Below the pieces are notes generated by a model. That model had not been told where the DNA came from and did no database searches. It worked only from the letters and a program-made list of their open reading frames with translations. DNA of 64,000 bases from a virus. The stretch lies in IMG/VR virus record IMGVR_UViG_3300025425_000009, positions 11,658 to 75,657 of that record; one strand, 5' to 3'. Shown piece by piece: positions 19,339 to 27,277 of the stretch (within the stretch, counting starts at the first letter, position 1; each line of letters starts with the position of its first letter). Both the position numbers and the translations under genes were made by a program.

Positions 19339-19623
19339 ATGCTTACACAAAAGAAAATCAAAGAAGTTGTACCTCAAGGCGAGTTAACTTCTGATCAAAT
19401 CAGATGGATTTCAAAAAATGAAGAAGCGTTGCGTGAAGCCTTCTCATTGAAGTACCCTTCAGCAAGAAACCAGTTCAACCTGGAAGTGCCATCAAACATA
19501 AAGCCTGTTGAGAGGAGCTTGGTCGTTAACTCAGAAGGCAGAGTTATATTTTCTACATCCATGGCATATGTTTGCAACATCACTTCACAATCCCTTACAG
19601 CAATGGGATACCCACTTAACTAA
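19339..19623 (+). CDS. hypothetical protein upstream of Ro60
   Basis: first ATG downstream of the promoter. Confidence 0.55.
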   Translation: MLTQKKIKEVVPQGELTSDQIRWISKNEEALREAFSLKYPSARNQFNLEVPSNIKPVERSLVVNSEGRVIFSTSMAYVCNITSQSLTAMGYPLN

Positions 19624-19625
19624 AC

Positions 19626-21095
19626 ATGACAAGATTTAACAAACCACAGCAGAATACTACGGAAAACCATGAAGGGTCCACAGCATTCATGCATTCACCT
19701 GAATTGCAGCTGTATTCGTTGGTTGTGACTTGCATGGTCAGTGATAAGTTTTACGAATCATCTGATGATCAACTGGTTCGACTAAGAGGTCTTCTACCTA
19801 CAGTAGACCCTAAGTTTGCTGTACAACTTGCAATTTATGCTAGAGAAGAGATGCATCTAAGAACAATACCTCTTGTTCTAATGATAGAGCTAGCCAGGAT
19901 CCACTCAGGTGACAACCTTGTTTCCCAAGGTGTTGGTAGAGTGATTCAGAGGGTTGATGAAATAACAGAAATGCTTGCGTATTACTGTGCTGCTAACAAC
20001 CGTAATGATGTTGCTCCGTTGTCTAAGCAAATTCAGAAGGGGTTACAGGTGGCGTTTAACAAGTTCAATCACTACCAGTTTGCCAAGTACAACAGGCCTG
20101 GTAAGGTGACACTTAAAGATGCACTGTTCATTGTTAGACCGAGCAGTGATACGTTCAAGCAGTCAGAAGTGTTTGCAATGATTGCATCAGGCACGCTTGG
20201 ATCAGCAGACACATGGGAAACCTCTCTGTCCTCAGGGCTAGATAAGAAAGAAGCATGGGAGGAGTTAATCATGAATGACAAGCTTGGTTACATGGCCATG
20301 ATGAGAAACCTAAGAAACTTCGTACAGGCAGGCATCTCTAAGGATGCACTAGTTAAGGTGTGCCAATTCATATCTGCTAAGGAACGGGTACTTGCGTCTA
20401 AGCAACTCCCATTTAGATTCTACTCAGCGTATAGAATGTTGAAAGAGGTGGAAGGTGACGGGGTGACGATGATCCTAGACTCTCTGAATAAGGCAGTCAA
20501 GCATTCAATAGCCAACATACCTTTTTTCAGTGAAACCGAAAGTGTCATGATTGCATGTGACGTATCTGCATCAATGATGGTGCCTCTGTCTGACAAGAGC
20601 GTAGTTGAGTATTACGATGTAGGTCTCCTTCTTGGGTCTTTACTTCAGGCCAACTCCAACTTCGTCCAGACAGGACTGTTCGGAGATACATTCAAGGTGT
20701 ACCCAATGGCATCCACCAACATACTGGAGAATGCTTGCCAGCTAAGAAGGTGTGAAGGCGATGTAGGTTACGCTACAAACGGTCACACTGTTATTGAGTA
20801 TCTGACCCAGACAGGTAAGAGTGTTGACAAAGTCGTTATGTTTACTGACTGTCAGATGACTGATTCATCATACGACGGACGTGCCCTTAGTGCAGCTTGG
20901 AACCAGTACAAAACACAACACCCTAACTCCAAATTATACATTTTCAACTTGTCAGGCTATGGCAAGGAAGTGTTCTCACAACATGCCAATGACATTTTTC
21001 AAGTGGCTGGTTGGAGTGAAAAAATATTTGATATGCTTCATTCGTTGGAATCAGGGGACTCAGTTATTTCAACAATTCAAAAAATTAGTATATAA
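19626..21095 (+). CDS. rsr: Ro60/Rsr (TROVE + vWA) RNA-binding protein
   Basis: YAREEMHLRT, QFAKYNR, TWET, LGYMAMMRNLRN, SKQLPFRFYSAY, vWA MIDAS DVSAS and FTD. Confidence 0.93.
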   Translation: MTRFNKPQQNTTENHEGSTAFMHSPELQLYSLVVTCMVSDKFYESSDDQLVRLRGLLPTVDPKFAVQLAIYAREEMHLRTIPLVLMIELARIHSGDNLVSQGVGRVIQRVDEITEMLAYYCAANNRNDVAPLSKQIQKGLQVAFNKFNHYQFAKYNRPGKVTLKDALFIVRPSSDTFKQSEVFAMIASGTLGSADTWETSLSSGLDKKEAWEELIMNDKLGYMAMMRNLRNFVQAGISKDALVKVCQFISAKERVLASKQLPFRFYSAYRMLKEVEGDGVTMILDSLNKAVKHSIANIPFFSETESVMIACDVSASMMVPLSDKSVVEYYDVGLLLGSLLQANSNFVQTGLFGDTFKVYPMASTNILENACQLRRCEGDVGYATNGHTVIEYLTQTGKSVDKVVMFTDCQMTDSSYDGRALSAAWNQYKTQHPNSKLYIFNLSGYGKEVFSQHANDIFQVAGWSEKIFDMLHSLESGDSVISTIQKISI

Positions 21096-21100
21096 TACTA

Positions 21101-21238
21101 GTACTAGGTGCTGTAGAAAACAGTTACTTCCACTTTAAGGACAAGGTCGGTGGTTCGATTCCACCTCAACACTTCGGTGTTGATAGCTCAATGGTAGAGC
21201 ATGTATAACACACCTGTTTTCGCTTGTTGCCCTAGTAC
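21101..21238 (+). ncRNA. Y RNA (YrlA-like) with a tRNA-mimic domain
   Basis: termini pair (GTACTAGG/CCTAGTAC, GAAAACAG/CTGTTTTC); internal T arm, TTCG-closed acceptor stem and D arm; directly follows Ro60. Confidence 0.88.
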
Positions 21239-21240
21239 AT

Positions 21241-21314
21241 ACCTTTATAGCTTAGTGGTAAAGCAGGCGGCTTTTAACCGTCCGACCTAAGTTCGATTCT
21301 TAGTGGGGGTACCA
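21241..21314 (+). tRNA. tRNA-Lys(TTT)
   Basis: cloverleaf, anticodon loop CTTTTAA, CCA encoded. Confidence 0.9.
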
Positions 21315-21330
21315 GTTCTAAACAAACTGA

Positions 21331-21543
21331 GAGGAAGATGGTAGAGTGTTCCAAGTTGGAGTGGCGGAATTCATTAAAGACGCTTATAATCCTTGTCCTG
21401 ATCCTCTAAGGTAAGTGGAGGACGCCCCCAAGCTGCATTGTAAGACTTGGAATTGGGAGACCGTGGAAGCAGTAGAATGCTCCGACGTGCAAAGGTGGAA
21501 GTCCTTTGCCTCCAACATAGAGCACAGTACTGCTGTTTCCTCT
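21331..21543 (+). ncRNA. tRNA-scaffolded ncRNA A (core 21355-21517)
   Basis: acceptor GTTGGAG/CTCCAAC, D-like arm, T-like arm, about 105-nt insert, paired flanks. Confidence 0.65.
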
Positions 21544-21619
21544 GGACGGTTAGCCTAGTGGTTAAGGCACACAGCTTATACCTGTGCATACGAAGGTTCG
21601 ATTCCTTCACCGTCTACCA
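21544..21619 (+). tRNA. tRNA-Ile(TAT)
   Basis: cloverleaf, CACAG-CTTATAC-CTGTG, CCA encoded. Confidence 0.9.
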
Positions 21620-21637
21620 GTGTTACAACACTGAAAA

Positions 21638-21768
21638 GAAGTGTTCTTCATAGTGAGGTGGCGGACAGTGAGCCGTAATGGACTCGGACATAGGAATATC
21701 AAACCTTAGATGTCCTAGTTGTGATGATCCTGCAAGTCAAACCTTGCCCTCACTGTGAAGAACATTTC
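21638..21768 (+). ncRNA. tRNA-scaffolded ncRNA B
   Basis: about 21-bp closing stem ending AGTGAGG/CCTCACT, D-like GCGG/CCGT, T-like GCAAG/CTTGC. Confidence 0.65.
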
Positions 21769-21771
21769 AAG

Positions 21772-21981
21772 CATGACTATCTTTCGCGCCACATTAGCAG
21801 GTGAATGACTGAAGATACCAAACCTTAGTGGAGGCCACGTACGGGCACCGCGCTTTAACAGGAAGAGGGAGGATAGGCCACCGATTCCTGCTGTGATCCA
21901 TCCACTGTCCTAGGTGGTGCATGGAAATAGACTTATGTCATGAGGGTGTAAACCCCTCGTGGTGCGCGAAAGGTAGTCATG
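21772..21981 (+). ncRNA. tRNA-scaffolded ncRNA C
   Basis: closing stem CATGACTATCTTTCGCGCCAC with GTGGTGCGCGAAAGGTAGTCATG; T-like GAGGG-TGTAAAC-CCCTC. Confidence 0.65.
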
Positions 21982-21989
21982 GCGAACAT

Positions 21990-22063
21990 AGGTCATTAAC
22001 TCAGTGGTAGAGTGCCTGTCTTACATACAGGAAGCCCTCAGTTCAAATCTGAGATGACCTACC
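21990..22063 (+). tRNA. tRNA-Val(TAC)
   Basis: cloverleaf, anticodon loop CTTACAT. Confidence 0.9.
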
Positions 22064-22084
22064 GGTTCACTAGCAACTGAAAAC

Positions 22085-22159
22085 AGGCCTTTAGCATAAT
22101 TGGAAGTGCAACACGGTTCTAACGTGTTAGATGTCAGTTCGAGTCTGGCAAGGCTTACC
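22085..22159 (+). tRNA. tRNA-Arg(TCT)
   Basis: ACACG-GTTCTAA-CGTGT; unusual G32. Confidence 0.82.
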
Positions 22160-22229
22160 GCGGGGTGGAGAAACGGCATCTCGGTGGTCTCATAAACCAC
22201 AGAACCCAGTTCAACTCTGGGCCCCGCGA
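22159..22229 (+). tRNA. tRNA-Met(CAT)
   Basis: CGCGGGG/CCCCGCG acceptor, anticodon loop CTCATAA. Confidence 0.85.
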
Positions 22230-22249
22230 CAACGATAACAAAACAAACA

Positions 22250-22822
22250 ATGATAATCTACACCAGGAAAAAAGAAATACAGTTTGCACAGACCTCAAGT
22301 GAAATAGAAGGAGAACTCTCTGAAAGTGCATGGCAGGACCATCTTGATGCGTGGGACTTCCTTAAGGAAACTGATACCGTGTCTTTGCATGATCTGTTAG
22401 AATGCCACTACGGGCTGCAAATACGGCTGAGACCTGACATTGCCGGTAAGTTTAGAACATGCAATGTTAGGGTCGGCTCCCACATAATGCCTCATTATGC
22501 CAGTGTTGTAGCAATGACACGCGCATGGCTGCGTAAGTGGACAGGCAGCAAGTTGCCTAAGACTGAGGAAGAGTGTAGGACTGCTCATATAGAGTTTGAG
22601 AATATACACCCCTTTGAAGATGGCAACGGTAGAGTAGGCCGGTGTATACTGAATTGGCACAGGCGTAAGCTAAACCTGCCGATTCTGATTATCCATGTAG
22701 GTGAAGAGCAGCAGGCATATTACGGCTGGTTCAAAGAGGCACAAAACAGTGATGCACTTTATAAAACACTAGGCAGTGACTGTGTCAGATCCTACACAAA
22801 GAAGTTTACCAAAAAGAGATAA
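22250..22822 (+). CDS. Fic-domain protein
   Basis: intact HPFEDGNGRVGR motif. Confidence 0.9.
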   Translation: MIIYTRKKEIQFAQTSSEIEGELSESAWQDHLDAWDFLKETDTVSLHDLLECHYGLQIRLRPDIAGKFRTCNVRVGSHIMPHYASVVAMTRAWLRKWTGSKLPKTEEECRTAHIEFENIHPFEDGNGRVGRCILNWHRRKLNLPILIIHVGEEQQAYYGWFKEAQNSDALYKTLGSDCVRSYTKKFTKKR

Positions 22823-23019
22823 CTCACACCACATGACCACAAAAGATAAATCTGTTGAACCAGAAGACAAGACAAACAGGGCAGGCCGAAGAGCAAGTGC
22901 AAAACAGCGTCGTGGAGTGGCTGAGCATAACCGCAAGTACAAATTAGCTGTACACTTGAATGACGGTAGCACAGCAAAGCGAAAGAGATTACAAGCACTA
23001 TGTAAAAACACGTAAGAAT

Positions 23020-24036
23020 ATGGCAAAGAAAGCAACAAGCAAAGGCACAATCTCAGATGCACTTGCAATACTGGAAAAGAAGCATGGTAAAGGTGCTGTT
23101 ATGAAGTTGGCAAAAGGGGAACAGATCACCAAGGTTGAGCTGCTTCCTACAGGTATTTATTCTATCGACAAGGCACTAGGTGGAGGGTTTGCAAGAGGAA
23201 GAGTGGTAGAGCTGTACGGAAATGAAGGGTCCGGTAAGACTACCCTTGCACTGCAGACCATCGCTAAAGCCCAGGCCGATGGACTTAAGGCTGCTTTCAT
23301 AGATGTGGAACACGCGTTCAGTCTGCAATATGCCAGATCTTTAGGAGTTGACCTAGAAGAGTTGTATTTTTCACAGCCTAAGTCAGCAGAGATGGCGATG
23401 GACATTGCCAAGACACTTGCCCAAACAGGCGAGTTTGCTGTGGTGGTAGTTGACTCAGTGGCAGCATTAACACCTGACACAGAGTTTGATGGAGAGATAG
23501 GTAAGGCACAGATAGGGCACCTTGCTAGATTCATGTCGGCTGCACTAAGGCAGATTGTTGGTGAGTTCCACAAGACAGGCACATCACTTATTTTTATCAA
23601 CCAGCTCAGAATGAAAATTGGTGTAATGTTCGGAAACCCTGAGACAACACCTGGTGGAAATGCACTAAAGTATTATGCATCACAGCGACTTGCTATACGT
23701 AAGTCTACAAAGATAGATAATAAGGAAGGTGTCACCATAGGGTACAACGCACTCATTAGAGTAGAGAAAAACAAGATAGCGCTACCTAACATTAAAGCAA
23801 CTGTGCCTGTGACAAATGGTAAAGGGTTTGACAAGGTTGCTGACATGTTCCAGGTTGCGGAATTACTTAATGTCATAACTAAGGAGAAGGCGTCCTACTT
23901 TTTCAATGGTGAGAAACTTGGAGTGTACGAGGTAAACGCAAAACAGGCACTGTACGACAGTCTAGACATATACACAGCAATAGAAGAAGCAGTCATAGCG
24001 TTAAACAACCCTGATGAAAGCGCTAACATAGTATAG
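23020..24036 (+). CDS. recA: RecA recombinase
   Basis: GNEGSGKTT, VVDSVAAL, FINQLRMKIGVMFGNPETTPGGNALK; start taken at MAKK. Confidence 0.95.
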   Translation: MAKKATSKGTISDALAILEKKHGKGAVMKLAKGEQITKVELLPTGIYSIDKALGGGFARGRVVELYGNEGSGKTTLALQTIAKAQADGLKAAFIDVEHAFSLQYARSLGVDLEELYFSQPKSAEMAMDIAKTLAQTGEFAVVVVDSVAALTPDTEFDGEIGKAQIGHLARFMSAALRQIVGEFHKTGTSLIFINQLRMKIGVMFGNPETTPGGNALKYYASQRLAIRKSTKIDNKEGVTIGYNALIRVEKNKIALPNIKATVPVTNGKGFDKVADMFQVAELLNVITKEKASYFFNGEKLGVYEVNAKQALYDSLDIYTAIEEAVIALNNPDESANIV

Positions 24037-24038
24037 CA

Positions 24039-24557
24039 ATGAAAACAACAGAAGAATTTAAAGATGAGTTTCCGAAGACTTACAAGGAGATTAGATCTGC
24101 AGAGTTAAGAAAACAGCAAAGCAACAAGGCAGACACTGAGTGTTCCCATCGATGCTGGATTAAGAAGTGTAGTTTTTGCTCAGTGATCATGGAGTCAGAC
24201 AGCCAGGTAAACTACAAATGCGGGGAGGATGTTAAAACGGAGTTTAGTGTACTGACAGGCATAGTGACAAACTTCAATGTATCTGAGAAACTACAAAACC
24301 GCAGGATCGGCCAGAGAACTAAGTTATATTGGGTCTACTCCCCTGTGAATGATGAGATTGGACTTAGATGTTATGAGAATGTGTCAATACAACACACTCA
24401 AATAATTGCTGCATACTCATCATCTGAGTTAGTGGCAAAACTACGTAGGTTACCTGTAGAAATCATGACAGATGAGGTCTACCTTTATATAGGACAGAAC
24501 GCGTTTGACCCTAACCGACTTGCTAGGCTATATCTTAAACTAACAGCAGTACAGTAA
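24039..24557 (+). CDS. hypothetical protein
   Basis: packed ORF. Confidence 0.55.
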   Translation: MKTTEEFKDEFPKTYKEIRSAELRKQQSNKADTECSHRCWIKKCSFCSVIMESDSQVNYKCGEDVKTEFSVLTGIVTNFNVSEKLQNRRIGQRTKLYWVYSPVNDEIGLRCYENVSIQHTQIIAAYSSSELVAKLRRLPVEIMTDEVYLYIGQNAFDPNRLARLYLKLTAVQ

Positions 24558-24652
24558 AGGTCACCTCAACAACATTCACGAGGCCCAGCCTGCACCTTAG
24601 GCGGGTGTGGCACAGGAAAGGGTTAGAATATACCTCTACTGCACATAACAAC

Positions 24653-24699
24653 GTTGTTAACATGTCACAATGTGCATCTCCAAGAGAACGTGGTATAAT
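24653..24699 (+). promoter_or_regulatory. Boxed promoter of the second tRNA/Y-RNA cluster
   Basis: GTTGTTAACA, TGTGCA-17-TATAAT. Confidence 0.72.
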
Positions 24700-24719
24700 A
24701 GTTATATCTTGGAGGAAAT

Positions 24720-24791
24720 TGACCTGTAGCCAAGTGGTAAGGCAAGGGATTGTTACTCCCTGTACCGCAGGTTCGAATCCTGCCGGGTCAG
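24720..24791 (+). tRNA. tRNA-Asn(GTT)
   Basis: cloverleaf, anticodon loop TTGTTAC. Confidence 0.9.
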
Positions 24792-24886
24792 CAAGGTTAA
24801 ATCTCATAGATTCGCTTATTGAAAGTAAGTGTATTGTAAATACACCGACCTATGAGTACCTATGCAACACACTAGTGTGTCTGCTA

Positions 24887-25062
24887 AGACGGTGCTGTAG
24901 ACAACAGTTACTTCTACATCTTCAGAAAAAACAATAATGCATAGCATGCTAAACTTCGGTTTACATGCATAATGAGTGTAGGTTAAGCCTGCGCCTTCTC
25001 TGGTAAAGCAGAGTCGTACTAGAGTATTCACTCTTATCACTGTTGTCGATTGTTGCCCGTTT
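24887..25062 (+). ncRNA. second Y RNA with a non-tRNA effector domain
   Basis: same GGTGCTGTAGAnAACAGTTACTTC...CTGTTnTCGnTTGTTGCCC stem as Y RNA 1, with a compensatory A-T to C-G change. Confidence 0.82.
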
Positions 25063-25066
25063 GATT

Positions 25067-25140
25067 GCTCTGTTAGTTCAATAGGAGAACGCTACCTTGT
25101 CACGGTAGTAACGTCGGAGCGTAACCGTCACAGAGCGCCA
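25067..25140 (+). tRNA. tRNA-Asp(GTC)
   Basis: anticodon loop TTGTCAC; atypical T loop AGCGTAA; CCA encoded. Confidence 0.85.
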
Positions 25141-25183
25141 AGGGAGTCAACACTCCTACAGCGCAGTTAACAAACAAACAAGC

Positions 25184-25414
25184 ATGATTAAACAATTAAA
25201 AAATGATGATGCTGCACTTATCAAAGAGATTGGGATTAAATCATTGTCCAGAGTTGTAGGGTACAATGAGAATGGGGAGCCCGTTGAGTTAGTGTACGTA
25301 AAACATTCAGATACAGGATACGAGTGGCATGTAGGAGGGGAATATCAGAGTGATGCATCACTAAGGTCAGTAGAGAAATATGCACACAGGCTGAATCATT
25401 GCCTATTGGTCTAG
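25184..25414 (+). CDS. hypothetical protein
   Basis: A-rich leader; stop codon lies inside tRNA-Gln. Confidence 0.55.
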   Translation: MIKQLKNDDAALIKEIGIKSLSRVVGYNENGEPVELVYVKHSDTGYEWHVGGEYQSDASLRSVEKYAHRLNHCLLV

Positions 25415-25470
25415 TGGTATGACACCTGCCTTTGAAGCAGGAGAGCGAGGATCGTTACCTTGATAGGCAG
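25400..25470 (+). tRNA. tRNA-Gln(TTG)
   Basis: anticodon loop CTTTGAA; T loop ATCGTTA. Confidence 0.85.
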
Positions 25471-25486
25471 CAGGCTATACATTTAT

Positions 25487-25561
25487 GGGCGATTGGTGAT
25501 AATAGTAGCACATCCGCCTTGCACGCGGAAGGCGACGGAGCGTAACCGTCATTGTCCACCA
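25487..25561 (+). tRNA. tRNA-Ala(TGC)
   Basis: G3:U70, anticodon loop CTTGCAC, T loop AGCGTAA, CCA encoded. Confidence 0.88.
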
Positions 25562-25562
25562 A

Positions 25563-25649
25563 GGAGAGATGGCAGAGTGGTTTATCGCACTGGTCTTGAA
25601 AACCAGCAAGTCTTCTTAGGCTTCAGAGGTTCGAATCCTCTTCTCTCCG
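25563..25649 (+). tRNA. tRNA-Ser(TGA)
   Basis: long variable arm, anticodon loop CTTGAAA. Confidence 0.92.
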
Positions 25650-25653
25650 CATT

Positions 25654-25728
25654 GCAGGTATCGTATAGGGGTTATTACGACTGATTTCCAATCAGTTCAC
25701 GCAGGTTCGAATCCTGCTACCTGCACCA
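25654..25728 (+). tRNA. tRNA-Gly(TCC)
   Basis: anticodon loop TTTCCAA, CCA encoded. Confidence 0.92.
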
Positions 25729-25779
25729 GACAACGCAAAGTGTGCCTACTCACTACAAGGCTCTTGCTTGTTTGACCAT

Positions 25780-25853
25780 ACTCATGTAGCCCAAATGGTA
25801 GAGGCAACGGTTTTAGGGACCGTTCAGTGAAAGTTCGAATCTTTTCATGAGTA
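25780..25853 (+). tRNA. tRNA-Leu(TAG), short variable arm
   Basis: anticodon loop TTTAGGG. Confidence 0.85.
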
Positions 25854-25881
25854 CTAGATAGCGATAAGCAATGCACGTATT

Positions 25882-26352
25882 ATGAAAATACAAGGTCCTG
25901 TCACACTGTCAGAAATGCAACATGCTATAGCACTAACAAATTCCATGCTTGCTGCGTCTCGGTTATTGGACATGAAATACTCTACCTTTGTACGTACGGC
26001 AACAGCGTTCGGCGTGTACAAGCCCAATCAAGGCAACAAAGGGCACCAGACCTACAACAAGGCTGAGAGGTATGAACTAGGCGCTGTTAAGAACTCCAAC
26101 ATGAGAACACAAGAGCTTAAATCGCTGTTACTCCTTCTGGGAATAAAGGAGTATTGCTGTGAAGGTTGCAGAAGTGCAGACTGGCTAGGCAGTAGACTGG
26201 TGATGGAACTGCACCATGTCAACGGAGACAACACTGATAACAGAATAGAAAACCTGCAAATGCTATGCCCTAACTGTCACAGCCAGACAGACACTTGGCG
26301 GGTGCCTAAGCAGGTGCTAAAGAAAAGAAGAGAACGCACAATGAATAAGTGA
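25882..26352 (+). CDS. free-standing HNH homing endonuclease
   Basis: CEGC, ELHHVNGDNTDNRIENLQMLCPNCH. Confidence 0.9.
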   Translation: MKIQGPVTLSEMQHAIALTNSMLAASRLLDMKYSTFVRTATAFGVYKPNQGNKGHQTYNKAERYELGAVKNSNMRTQELKSLLLLLGIKEYCCEGCRSADWLGSRLVMELHHVNGDNTDNRIENLQMLCPNCHSQTDTWRVPKQVLKKRRERTMNK

Positions 26353-26423
26353 TGGAACGGTATACATAGAGAGCTTAAACCTCTCGGACTTCGGTCATGT
26401 GGGTTCGACTCCCGCCTTATTCA
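26343..26423 (+). tRNA. tRNA-Leu(TAA)
   Basis: anticodon loop CTTAAAC, variable arm. Confidence 0.88.
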
Positions 26424-26451
26424 CACGGTTCCTCACCAGAACTAACCTTAT

Positions 26452-26522
26452 CAGGGCAAAATATAATGGTAGTATACTCGGTTTGGATCCGAGAAGATCA
26501 AGTTCGATTCTTGGTGCCCTGA
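26452..26522 (+). tRNA. tRNA-Pro(TGG)
   Basis: anticodon loop TTTGGAT. Confidence 0.82.
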
Positions 26523-26608
26523 CATGTATTTTGCATATGCAATGTTTAACTTAATTAAGCTGGCAGTAAAGTGGGCAATCCCTTCCTTGTAGAAGGTGCC
26601 TACACTCT

Positions 26609-26682
26609 CCGCTTGTGGTGCAAATGGTAGACACAAACCGTTCAAAATGGTTACAGTGCGAGTTCGAATCTCGTCAAGCGGA
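26609..26682 (+). tRNA. tRNA-Leu(CAA), short variable arm
   Basis: anticodon loop TTCAAAA. Confidence 0.82.
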
Positions 26683-26730
26683 CATGCGTATGATATAATT
26701 AAGATATTATTAACCAATCAAAATTCATAT

Positions 26731-27162
26731 ATGAAATATCTTTTTGAAGAAGCACAAGTTGTAGCATCAGTGCTACCAGTCGCACAAACATCAGCTGCTG
26801 TAAATGGCGCTGCTGTTAACGTATCTGAGTTCGGAGACGGACTATGCATCGTCACTGTAGGCGCTGCACTTGGAGGACCTACTGGTCAGTCTGTAGTTGG
26901 AAAACTACAGGAATCAGTAAACGGTTCAGATGGGTGGGCTGACATTTCTGGAGCTGTAACGGTTGCTATCACAGCAGACAACAAAACTGCAGAAATCAAG
27001 CTAACACGACAAACTCGTGTTGCAAGTAAGAGGTTTGTTCGGGCTGTCATTACACCTGCTCTTACAGCAGGGACAGCTCCTACTATTCCAGTTTCTGCTG
27101 TGTTTGTTCTTGGGTCAGCACCTACAAGTGCAGGATTCACGAACAGTACAACTGCTAACTAG
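26731..27162 (+). CDS. capsid decoration/cement-like beta-sandwich protein
   Basis: NGAAVN..CIVTVG..KLQES..GWADISGA..RFVRAV pattern typical of post-MCP genes; own TATAAT and terminator. Confidence 0.6.
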   Translation: MKYLFEEAQVVASVLPVAQTSAAVNGAAVNVSEFGDGLCIVTVGAALGGPTGQSVVGKLQESVNGSDGWADISGAVTVAITADNKTAEIKLTRQTRVASKRFVRAVITPALTAGTAPTIPVSAVFVLGSAPTSAGFTNSTTAN

Positions 27163-27277
27163 TTAGTACCAGATTAAGCACGGCACCATGTCGTGTTTTT
27201 TCCTGCCTGTTTATAAGTAGGTGTACACAGTGACACAGTAGTGGTATTATATACATATACAAATATAACGTAACAAT

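Noticed and set aside
21355-21981. tmRNA or group I intron-containing tRNAs
   Set aside because: There is no tmRNA-type Ala acceptor with CCA and tag ORF. The inserts are too short and lack a recognisable group I core, and no anticodon arm can be rebuilt.
22085-22159. Amber suppressor tRNA (CTA) and genome recoding
   Set aside because: The stem register places TCT at positions 34-36, and TAG, TGA and TAA all end genes cleanly.
26609-26682. Opal (TCA) tRNA indicating genetic code 4 or 25
   Set aside because: The loop TTCAAAA gives a CAA anticodon, and conserved genes have no in-frame TGA.
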